From assembly GCA_043732185.1 (NCBI GenBank), contig JAYTHY010000047.1, forward strand, positions 1-35,521: DNA of 35,521 bases, read 5' to 3'. The DNA comes from Fibrobacteria bacterium (GTDB lineage: Bacteria > Fibrobacterota > Fibrobacteria > UBA11236). Position 1 is the first letter of the stretch, and every line of letters begins with the position of its first letter. Under the pieces are notes generated by a model, which saw only the letters and a program-made list of their open reading frames with translations, had not been told where the DNA came from and made no database searches. Both the position numbers and the translations under genes were made by a program. Shown here piece by piece: positions 1 through 7,926 of this stretch.

Positions 1-1
1 T

Positions 2-2239
2 TACATACCCAGTTATAAGGATGCCACTGGCAATAGTTTGCAGAAGGTGAATTATTTTTTCACTGCCAAGCATTCGGATTCGGTGCTTTTAGACGGATCT
101 GCTACGACTAAGCTCGTCGATGAAATGGCAGATCGCATGATCGAATCACATGTGTTGCCAGACGTAACCTTCGCATTCGACAAAAGTATTTTACATCCAA
201 AGCATGCCGCCGTCCTCAAGGATATGGCAATTCAAATTAAAGCGTGGAGAGACAAAAATCCAGATGGAAAGTTGGCGGTTTTCGGCCATGCCGATGCAGT
301 GGGCAATGAGCAGTACAATAAGGCCCTGTCGGAACGTCGGTCAAAATCAGTATTTGGTTTTCTGATGAAGGATGCAGCAGCGTGGAGTGAGCTGGACCAT
401 GAAGAAAAGTGGGGGCTGGCTTACATCCAGGATTTGCTGAAAAATTTGGGGTACGATCCGGGCGCTTCGGATGGACAGGATGGGCCTAAGACTCAGGCGG
501 CAGTGAAGGAGTTTCAGACAAAGAAAAGTTTGCCGGCGGATGGCAAAGCGGGGGCCGAGACGCGCAAGGCCATGTATCAGGCTTTTATGGATGCCAACAA
601 TGATTTGAGTTTGAAGGTGAAAGACTTTGACGATATCAATGGAAGCCCAACGGTCGGTTGTAGTGAATTTAATTTAATGGTGAAAACGCAAAGCGCGAAT
701 GAAGAAAACCGCCGAGTTACGGTTGTATACATCAAATCAAATAAGAATTTCCCTATCCAGTATCCTTGTAAAAAAGGCGATATAGCTGCCTGTCAGTCAC
801 AAGTTAAGCGAGATGCTGGCGTTCGGCGCCGTCCTAGTTATGGTTGTTGGTTTTATGATGATTTGGTGAAAGAAGAGAAAAAAGGTGGCCCGCTTCCTAT
901 ACCTACACCCACAAGCAAGCTGAAACTCCTGGGACTTAAAGAGGGGGATGACGTCAAGCAATACGTCAATTTGAAAGCCGGAACTTTAGGCCAAGGAATC
1001 GAACGGCTGATTGAAGTTGAAGTGGCAGGCGCCGCAGACGGAGATAAAGTTTTCTGGAAGGCTACAGCAGCCAAGGATAACAGTAAGCGCAATGACCCTA
1101 AGGTTGGACTTAAGCCAGATGACAAAGGGACTTTGGAAGAGTACAAAGCCGATGTGGCCGAGATCGAAACTGAAATTAAGGGCGGGAAAACGTCTTGCGT
1201 GCTGGCCTGTGGATTGGCAGGTGGAGATAAGTTTACTGTAGAAGTAGGACTGGCGAAGGACAAGCTGACCTCGAAGTTCACGGTAACCAATTGGCGCAAA
1301 CTCTGGTACCAACTTACACATCACGAAGATTTGGTTCCCACCAGCATGGCAACTGCCATAACTAATCTAAAAGAAGTCTTTGTTGAATGGGATATGGAGC
1401 CATCCGCAACCCACAAACTTATGGGGAACGGAAAAGTCATGGTTGGAAATCATAACGCAGCTAAATTCCACGCCTTTTTTAAATCAAAGAAAACTCCTCA
1501 ATGCGCGCATATCATCCTTTGTGATAAACAATATGATGGCCTAGAAGGTGGGAAAAATATCACGCTTAAAAAGGATGCCGATTTTACAGACGCTTCCGCA
1601 ATTATAACCATGGGAAAACCCGCTAAAACCTTAGAAGCGCCTAACCCACCTGTCCAAGAAGGCGCAAAGCTATTTTTGAATGGCTCTTGGTCGAATGCGA
1701 AACTGGGAACCAAAGGGACATTGACGGATGATTACAGTAAAATATCCGATGATATCGGACTCGCTACTTGGCAGGATGAGCAGGATTGGCAGGTAGACTT
1801 GCCAAAGAATGCCGCACCCACGAAAGCGGACCCAGTCAAGGTCAGTCTTGAATGCACGGGTGCCAGCGGACCTTGGGGCGGAGATGGCGGATCGGCTCCG
1901 CATAATCTAATCGTGATTAAAACCGATGTTACTCTTCATACCATGTGCGTCATGCATGAATTAGGTCACATTATGAATATGACGCCATTTGCTGGTTCCT
2001 TTAAAGCCCCACCTGGACTCACACTAAACCATAAGTATGCTTACACGGGAATGGGTGGACAGGGTTCGCACTGTGCTTTTGAAATCAATAAAGCCACCAG
2101 TACGCCCACTAAAAATGATGACGGCAAATGCATTATGTTCCATCAACTCAATAAAAACTCCAAACTGGTTTACTGTCCCGAATGTGCTCCCTTCGTAAAG
2201 GCACAAGCGCTTGAAAAATTCCAGGAACTCAAAGGATGA
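2..2239 (+). CDS. Multidomain protein, 5'-truncated by the window: OmpA-like C-terminal domain with an inserted peptidoglycan-binding domain, a central region, and a C-terminal zinc-metallopeptidase-like domain
   Basis: Frame is open from nt 2 (YIPSYKDATGNSLQKV...), so the TTG at 38 is probably not the true start. OmpA motifs FAFDKS, GHADAVG..YNKALSERR and NRRV; PG_binding_1-like LGYDPGASDGQDGPKTQAAVKEFQ...ADGKAGAETRKAM; HELGH at 1955-1969 followed by HC..CIM..CPEC. Confidence 0.8.
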   Translation, partial: YIPSYKDATGNSLQKVNYFFTAKHSDSVLLDGSATTKLVDEMADRMIESHVLPDVTFAFDKSILHPKHAAVLKDMAIQIKAWRDKNPDGKLAVFGHADAVGNEQYNKALSERRSKSVFGFLMKDAAAWSELDHEEKWGLAYIQDLLKNLGYDPGASDGQDGPKTQAAVKEFQTKKSLPADGKAGAETRKAMYQAFMDANNDLSLKVKDFDDINGSPTVGCSEFNLMVKTQSANEENRRVTVVYIKSNKNFPIQYPCKKGDIAACQSQVKRDAGVRRRPSYGCWFYDDLVKEEKKGGPLPIPTPTSKLKLLGLKEGDDVKQYVNLKAGTLGQGIERLIEVEVAGAADGDKVFWKATAAKDNSKRNDPKVGLKPDDKGTLEEYKADVAEIETEIKGGKTSCVLACGLAGGDKFTVEVGLAKDKLTSKFTVTNWRKLWYQLTHHEDLVPTSMATAITNLKEVFVEWDMEPSATHKLMGNGKVMVGNHNAAKFHAFFKSKKTPQCAHIILCDKQYDGLEGGKNITLKKDADFTDASAIITMGKPAKTLEAPNPPVQEGAKLFLNGSWSNAKLGTKGTLTDDYSKISDDIGLATWQDEQDWQVDLPKNAAPTKADPVKVSLECTGASGPWGGDGGSAPHNLIVIKTDVTLHTMCVMHELGHIMNMTPFAGSFKAPPGLTLNHKYAYTGMGGQGSHCAFEINKATSTPTKNDDGKCIMFHQLNKNSKLVYCPECAPFVKAQALEKFQELKG

Positions 2240-3225
2240 TAACCATGCTAGACGCGCTCTTAGCCGCACTGCCGGATTCCGCCTATTTTGATCATAGGCA
2301 CTCTGTTGAAGCTTTGTCTGAAACCCTCAGAACAAGTGAAGAACCCTTCGCCTGTTATCTCCGGGGCCCATCGGTTTGGAATACTGTAACACATCCAGCA
2401 TATCCCTTTTATTCACTATGCAAATCCAATACGGTCGACAATCCCATCTTTGCTCCCTATCAATACGGGAGCATTGTAATTTCTTCCATCGAGACCGGCG
2501 AATTGCTGATTTACCTCGCCGAGGATTTCGGCGGCAAAACGCCAGAAGAACCATCCCCAGTACCCGCTAAACCTAAGTCCACTCTTCCCCGTGCCAAAAC
2601 CTATTCGGTGGATGATCATTGGCGGATGCTGGACTTAAAAGATCTGCATGGAGGCTTCGGGAACTATCACGCCTTTATGCATGTCGGTAATTTTCAATCT
2701 CAGGCTTACGCGTTTCAGGTAGTACCTGACCCGGCCCATCCAAAATTATTGCCCTATGCAGGACAACTTAAAGAGCCCGCCCAACACGATACATACGATT
2801 TCGGGATTGCGGGGGCGTCCGTCTCGCAGTGGCCTTCCGTTCAAGCAACGGATAAAGCGGGTGTAACACTGGTCCAAGGCAAAGCCACCACTTTACATGG
2901 TAAGCATCACTATCCGATACATGGTACCTTTCGATTTTCTGGTGAATGGCCTACAGAATATGTACGTTTACCGCTGCACTTCTTGATAAGCGGAAAAGAT
3001 TCCAGAGAGCTGCTCGTCAAAACACTGTGGCTTCCGCGTTCTAAATGTCAAATTCAAACTGGGCCTGATGGCTACTATAGCGGCCAATTCGATTTTGGTT
3101 TGGAAAACCTTTTCATAACCCCCGGTGATGGAAAATCGAAGACGCCCAAGGAGGCGTGGATCAGTACTGTACATCGTGGGTGGCAAGGTTCGATTGTCAA
3201 ATATGAATTTGATGTTTTGCACTAG
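2236..3225 (+). CDS. Hypothetical protein translationally coupled to the upstream gene
   Basis: 329-aa ORF whose ATG overlaps the upstream TGA (ATGA at 2236-2239); no family recognised. Confidence 0.7.
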   Translation: MITMLDALLAALPDSAYFDHRHSVEALSETLRTSEEPFACYLRGPSVWNTVTHPAYPFYSLCKSNTVDNPIFAPYQYGSIVISSIETGELLIYLAEDFGGKTPEEPSPVPAKPKSTLPRAKTYSVDDHWRMLDLKDLHGGFGNYHAFMHVGNFQSQAYAFQVVPDPAHPKLLPYAGQLKEPAQHDTYDFGIAGASVSQWPSVQATDKAGVTLVQGKATTLHGKHHYPIHGTFRFSGEWPTEYVRLPLHFLISGKDSRELLVKTLWLPRSKCQIQTGPDGYYSGQFDFGLENLFITPGDGKSKTPKEAWISTVHRGWQGSIVKYEFDVLH

Positions 3226-3509
3226 GACAGGATTGTCCTAGCCGAAATCATCATGGCTTCCGCTCCACGAACGGGGTCCTCATCAAGTATTCAATTTGTC
3301 CGGAAGATTTCGTGAATGGCTACGGTGGTGTTATGGGCGCGCCCATTGCGTGGTGTTGGCGTTTTAGTTTCCATCCAAAAAGCTAAAAACCCTGGTGATT
3401 TTACTCTCAATTCCTGCTCAAAACACTTAGAAACCGATATTACCTTGATTCTATCCTGAAATCCGCATATAGTTAATTTGATCAAACATTTAACTTGGAT
3501 GCGGTGCTA

Positions 3510-3845
3510 ATGGGTCTAATGAAAGCCCTTTTATCAACGGAAGAGATCCCGACATCCGAGGGAAGAAAAAAAGTAACCTATGAAGCTTATAACTTCGTGA
3601 TAAAGCCCTATTGCAGTCCGCCAATAGTGCTGGAAATTGTCAAAGGGAATATTTCCAATGGAAAATTTAAACCAATAGTGGAATCTGCAAAAAAGTTTCT
3701 TTTTACCTTCGAAGAGTACAAATTACTTATGCTCCCGAATGCCAATGGAAAACCAGCCGGCGACTTCCGCCTTTCAGATGTTGTTGATCTCATCCGAAAG
3801 CGAAATGCGCGGCCCATTCCACCGGACAGTCCTTCATTAGAGTAA
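3510..3845 (+). CDS. Small hypothetical protein (start uncertain: 3495, 3510 or 3519)
   Basis: ORF of about 110 aa filling the gap before oxyR, with plausible protein composition; no family recognised. Confidence 0.5.
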   Translation: MGLMKALLSTEEIPTSEGRKKVTYEAYNFVIKPYCSPPIVLEIVKGNISNGKFKPIVESAKKFLFTFEEYKLLMLPNANGKPAGDFRLSDVVDLIRKRNARPIPPDSPSLE

Positions 3846-3954
3846 AGTGCCGTAAAGGACTCGCTCAACCATCCTCTGCAAAATCCAAGTATAAAGTAAA
3901 TTTGAAGGCTAGATCCTGTTTTCTCACCCATTGCAGGCTCGAAAGAATGAAACC

Positions 3955-4866
3955 ATGAATTTGCGCGACCTTGAATACTTCGTGGCCGTGTCGGAGCTTC
4001 AGCATTTTCGGAAAGCCGCTGAGAGGTGCTTTGTCTCTCAGCCCGCATTAAGCGGCCAATTGAAAAAGTTGGAAGAAGAGCTTGGTGTCTCCCTTTTTCA
4101 ACGGCATACCCGCGATGTGCAATTGACTCAAGCTGGCCAAGCCTTATTGAAATCGGCCCGAAACATTCTAGCCGAGGCCAGCATAATGCGGGAAACGGCA
4201 ATGTCACTGCGCGATCCACGTAAGGGCCCTTTGAAAATTGGTGCCATACCAACCTTAGCACCCTACTTAATGCCTGATATTATGCGGCTAACCACTAAAT
4301 TGCACCCTAAGCTTGAGCTTTATCTTTCCGAATTGCAAACGCATCAGCTGTTAGAAGGCCTAGTATCGGGTTCCATAGAAGCAGGATTCATGGCATTCCC
4401 TGTCAATCACTTGGGCATGGTAAGTGAAGTGCTTTTTCAGGAATCCTTTCTGCTTGCCGTTCCCGCAAAACATGCTTTGGCCAGAAAACGCGAGATTTCG
4501 ATTGCAGATTTAGCCGATGAGACCTTGTTTTTATTAGAAGATGGACATTGCCTTAAGGACCAAGTCTTGGAAGTGTGCAATCAAAGTGGTGCTCGTGGGC
4601 ATACTCATTTTCGCGGCAGTAGCTTGGAAACATTAAGGCAAATGATAAATGCTGGAACAGGTGCAACCTTAATGCCTGCCTTAGCTGTTAAGACCCAGCT
4701 CCTTCAATCCCCTTCGATTCGGTACATCCCGTTTTCCGAACCTCGACCATTTAGAACTATTGCTCTTGTCTGGCGCAAAGGTGCACCAAGAGAAAAATTT
4801 CTAGAAAGCTGGGCCAAGGAAATCCGAAAATCAAATATTAAGGATTCTGCGCTTCAACTTCTTTAA
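3955..4866 (+). CDS. oxyR: Hydrogen peroxide-sensing LysR-family regulator OxyR
   Basis: MNLRDLEYFVAV..HFRKAAERCFVSQPALSGQLKKLEEELG HTH; IPTLAPYL; LLEDGHCLKDQVLEVC carrying both redox cysteines (C199/C208 equivalents); SLETLRQM. Start set to ATG 3955. Confidence 0.93.
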   Translation: MNLRDLEYFVAVSELQHFRKAAERCFVSQPALSGQLKKLEEELGVSLFQRHTRDVQLTQAGQALLKSARNILAEASIMRETAMSLRDPRKGPLKIGAIPTLAPYLMPDIMRLTTKLHPKLELYLSELQTHQLLEGLVSGSIEAGFMAFPVNHLGMVSEVLFQESFLLAVPAKHALARKREISIADLADETLFLLEDGHCLKDQVLEVCNQSGARGHTHFRGSSLETLRQMINAGTGATLMPALAVKTQLLQSPSIRYIPFSEPRPFRTIALVWRKGAPREKFLESWAKEIRKSNIKDSALQLL

Positions 4867-6037
4867 GGAGCGCTGTACGTGCCTGAATCCTATTTCCTCC
4901 CACAGCAAACCCTAAGAGTCGACTACCGTTGATAAACCGGCATTCAGACCCTGCCTCATCAATTGTTTCTTGCCAGCTGCCCACATGTCCTGGCGGCGGC
5001 GGCAAAATACACATTGGGTAGTTTGGCGTTTTCACCATTACAGGCATTAGAGGAAAATGGACTTTCACTGGCCTACCCGCCAATGTTTGGCCTAAGGCTT
5101 TCGCCGCGACAGTTATGGGAAACACGTAAGGTCTCCAGGAACCCAATATCTCTGCGCAGTCGCCAAGGGCATAAACATCTTTCTCGCTCGTCTCTAAGTT
5201 TTCATTCACTAGGATCGCACGGTTGATTTTTAGACCCATCATTTTTGCAAGTTCCAAGTTGGGGATAAAACCAATCGCAGTCAATATAAGATCCGTCGCC
5301 ATTTCATCACCAGCCGTAAGCTCTACACGAATACTTCTTTCTAACTCTGAAACAGGTCCCGCGAGATTCATATTCGGACTCCTATTTCGATGAATGGATT
5401 GAATCCCATTATTTAATTTCCAATGGACTCCAAGTCGCCCTAGCGCCATTCTAAGCGCCTCACCCATTCCTGTGGGAACCAATCCTTGCAGGGGAGCCGT
5501 ACCATTTCCAATCACCGTCACATCATAGCGAACCGCTGCCAGATCATTCGCAAATTCACATCCGATCAACCCTGATCCTAAAATTGCAACGTGTTTTTTG
5601 GACTGTAAAAAGGTATGGAATCGATGATAATCCGCTAAATTATTGACTGAAAAAACCGGGAGATCAGCGTCCCCTATAATTTCCGCTTTTCTGGTAATCG
5701 CACCTACAGCCAATACCAAACTTTGGTAATTAACCCTATCGCCATTATCCAAAATCAATTCCTTCTTGTTTTGGAATATGGATGCAACCCGAGAGTGAGT
5801 GAGAATTGTCGCATTGAGTTCGCTCGACATGTTTTGGGCGGATTTTAGCACCAAGGAATCAGGACTTTTTCCCAAGGCCAAACTTGCTGAAAGCTGTGGT
5901 TTGGAATAATAAGCACCGTCGTCGGCGCTTATTAAGGTCAGCTTTGAATCCTTATCCCATTTTCTAAACTCTCTGGCAACGGAATAACCTGCGAGACCCG
6001 TACCGATTATGACAACGCTTGCATCCATTGATGCCAT
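4838..6037 (-). CDS. Rubredoxin-NAD(P)H reductase (FAD-dependent pyridine nucleotide-disulfide oxidoreductase, RubB/AlkT-like)
   Basis: IIGTGLAG, YYSKPQLS, GSGLIGCEFANDL, VYALGDCAE, MPVMVKTP motifs; directly downstream of rubredoxin with a TAATG overlap. Confidence 0.88.
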   Translation of the reverse strand: MASMDASVVIIGTGLAGYSVAREFRKWDKDSKLTLISADDGAYYSKPQLSASLALGKSPDSLVLKSAQNMSSELNATILTHSRVASIFQNKKELILDNGDRVNYQSLVLAVGAITRKAEIIGDADLPVFSVNNLADYHRFHTFLQSKKHVAILGSGLIGCEFANDLAAVRYDVTVIGNGTAPLQGLVPTGMGEALRMALGRLGVHWKLNNGIQSIHRNRSPNMNLAGPVSELERSIRVELTAGDEMATDLILTAIGFIPNLELAKMMGLKINRAILVNENLETSEKDVYALGDCAEILGSWRPYVFPITVAAKALGQTLAGRPVKVHFPLMPVMVKTPNYPMCILPPPPGHVGSWQETIDEAGSECRFINGSRLLGFAVGGNRIQARTALLKEVEAQNP

Positions 6038-6207
6038 TATCCGGATACCTCGACCATTTCAAAATCACCTTTTCCAGCACCACAATCCGGACAGCTCCAT
6101 GATTCCGGAATATCCTTCCATTTTGTGCCAGCTACAATTCCTTCTTCAGGCATGCCTAAGGCTTCGTCATAAATAAATCCACAGACCACACATTTCCATT
6201 TTTTCAT
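6037..6207 (-). CDS. Rubredoxin (56 aa), absent from the supplied ORF track
   Basis: Manual translation [56 protein letters not shown], with two CxxC motifs; TAAGGAG RBS upstream. Confidence 0.96.
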   Translation of the reverse strand: MKKWKCVVCGFIYDEALGMPEEGIVAGTKWKDIPESWSCPDCGAGKGDFEMVEVSG

Positions 6208-6231
6208 TTTAATCTCCTTACGATTTTAGGT

Positions 6232-6699
6232 TTAAACTTTTGATAAGGTTTCTTGATACTGTTTTGCATGTTTTTCTTCGATGCGCGCCAACGCTGCGAA
6301 GCGCTTGCTGGCGGTGATCAGAGTTTTCTGGAAAAGAGCGGCGTGTTCCTTGGATTCTTGCATTTGATCCATCAGTTCCTGCTTGGCTGCTTGATTCCCC
6401 TCTTTTTCCGCATCCCGGTGAAATCCGGGATACATTTCGGTATACTCATACGTCTCACCTTCTATGGCCAGAGTTAAAGCCTTCTTGGTGTCCACTAATT
6501 CTACAGGATAGATCAGCTCGCAATGCGCCAGCGCATGCTTAATTTCTTGCGAAGCCGTTTCCTCAAATACCTTAGCGACCTCTTCATGACCGTGCGCGCG
6601 GGCTATTTTAGCAAAGTGCAAATATTTCATATGTGCCATGGATTCGCCGGCAAAAGCCGATTCCAGGTTTTTCATAGTTACGGACTTATCGTTGTACAT
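6232..6699 (-). CDS. Rubrerythrin-family di-iron ferritin-like protein without a fused rubredoxin domain
   Basis: NLESAFAGESMA, QEIKHA, AIEGETYEYTEMYP, ESKEH di-iron motifs; AAGGAG RBS. Confidence 0.9.
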   Translation of the reverse strand: MYNDKSVTMKNLESAFAGESMAHMKYLHFAKIARAHGHEEVAKVFEETASQEIKHALAHCELIYPVELVDTKKALTLAIEGETYEYTEMYPGFHRDAEKEGNQAAKQELMDQMQESKEHAALFQKTLITASKRFAALARIEEKHAKQYQETLSKV

Positions 6700-6760
6700 T
6701 TTTTCTCCTTGGCTATTTTGTTGATGACAAAAATATACTCGATATTGGAGAACGGCTCCA

Positions 6761-6797
6761 TTCGTTTGTTCCGATGGGATTAATAGCTAATGGTTAT
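6761..6797 (-). promoter_or_regulatory. Putative OxyR binding site upstream of the rubrerythrin operon
   Basis: Minus strand reads ATAA-N7-CTAT-N7-ATCG-N7-CGAA, matching the spacing of the OxyR consensus ATAG-N7-CTAT-N7-ATAG-N7-CTAT. It abuts a weak -35 TGGAGC (6760-6755), 17 nt, and -10 TATATT (6737-6732). Confidence 0.75.
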
Positions 6798-7022
6798 CAA
6801 TTGGATTTCTGAATTCAAACGAAAAGGATTTGATACCGGGTAAAATCGAAGACAATTAGCAGGGAGTGAAACGTGGGATTTTTACGCTGGTAGAGCGCGG
6901 CACCTGACACTGGACTTTTGTTTTAAACCCATTCGCTAATATATTTGGAAACAGGGTTTCATTAAATTTATATTAAGATGTCATTTACACAGAAGACCTG
7001 ACACCCCCACTTTAGGTTATCC

Positions 7023-7490
7023 ATGAGAAATATGAACCGCCCCCCTTTGTTTCAAGCCGCGCCGCCCACCTCGCTCCCGAAAACGATAGGCCGCATTCTC
7101 CTCGGTACCTTCTTGCTATTCACTGGCATCAGCCACCTCACATTCGCGCGCCAAGACTTCCAAGCGCAAGTGCCCAAGTCCCTTCCCTTCAGCGAAGGAT
7201 TCACCATTGTCGCATCGGGCATCGCGGAAATCACACTCGGGCTCTCACTCCTCTTTTTGCGCCGTCAACGCATTGCTGTTGGCTTGGCCGGGGCCGCATT
7301 CTTCGTCGCTATCTTTCCTGGGAACATCGCGCAATACCTAAACCATGCGGACGCCTTCGGTCTTGACACGGATGCAAAGCGCTTCGTTCGCCTCTTCTTA
7401 CAACTCCCACTCGTAATGTGGGCGCTGTGGAGCACCAATGCCTGGGCATGGCTCCGTGGCGGACCCCCCACTCAATTCCCGTCCTCCTAA
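7023..7490 (+). CDS. DoxX-like membrane protein
   Basis: Four hydrophobic segments; GISHLTFARQDFQAQVP, SGIAEI, FFVAIFPGNIAQY, RFVRLFLQ..WALWST pattern typical of small DoxX-family proteins. Confidence 0.8.
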   Translation: MRNMNRPPLFQAAPPTSLPKTIGRILLGTFLLFTGISHLTFARQDFQAQVPKSLPFSEGFTIVASGIAEITLGLSLLFLRRQRIAVGLAGAAFFVAIFPGNIAQYLNHADAFGLDTDAKRFVRLFLQLPLVMWALWSTNAWAWLRGGPPTQFPSS

Positions 7491-7639
7491 TTTGGACCAG
7501 CCTCAGCTTCAAGTAATATCCGAAGCTTTTAGGTGGCCTTAAACATAAAGAACCCAATGCCGCCAAGGATGGCTTCACCAACACAAATAAAGGTTCAACA
7601 AAATACCTGCCCAAGGCACCAGGTTAAACATGTTATGGG

Positions 7640-7661
7640 GTGTCCACTTTGTGTCCACTTT
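7640..7661. repeat. Perfect 11-bp tandem direct repeat (GTGTCCACTTT x2), about 120 nt beyond the tRNA 3' end
   Basis: gtgtccacttt gtgtccacttt read directly at 7640-7650 and 7651-7661. Confidence 0.85.
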
Positions 7662-7779
7662 TTAATGGTAGATGAGAGTATGCCCGAGTATGGAACGATC
7701 AAAACAAAATCTAGGGGAACCAAATGCCCCTCCGCAATCACCGATTTCTTGCGAAATTCAGCAACCGGAGGGGCTAAAA

Positions 7780-7856
7780 TGGTAGGCCTGGGCAGACTTG
7801 AACTGCCGACCCCCGCCTTATCAGAGCGATGCTCTAACCAACTGAGCTACAGACCT
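7780..7856 (-). tRNA. tRNA-Ile (anticodon GAT)
   Basis: Minus strand AGGTCTGTAGCTCAGTTGGTTAGAGCATCGCTCTGATAAGGCGGGGGTCGGCAGTTCAAGTCTGCCCAGGCCTACCA: paired acceptor stem, D-loop, CT-GAT-AA anticodon loop, GTTCAAG T-loop, encoded CCA. Confidence 0.96.
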
Positions 7857-7869
7857 ATTTAGGCGGTCA

Positions 7870-7899
7870 AAGCTAATTTCCGGCAGCTTCCCCTGTCAA
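7870..7899 (-). promoter_or_regulatory. Sigma70-type promoter for tRNA-Ile
   Basis: TTGACA-N18-TAGCTT on the minus strand immediately upstream of the tRNA. Confidence 0.6.
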
Positions 7900-7926
7900 G
7901 CCCTTGGAGCATTCCTATTCTGGGAA

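Noticed and set aside
4838..6207. Alkane hydroxylase electron chain (AlkG/AlkT)
   Set aside because: No alkB in the window; operon context with rubrerythrin and OxyR points to peroxide defence.
7533..7862. 109-aa ORF on the + strand
   Set aside because: Its C-terminal part is the antisense translation of tRNA-Ile; no RBS or family features.
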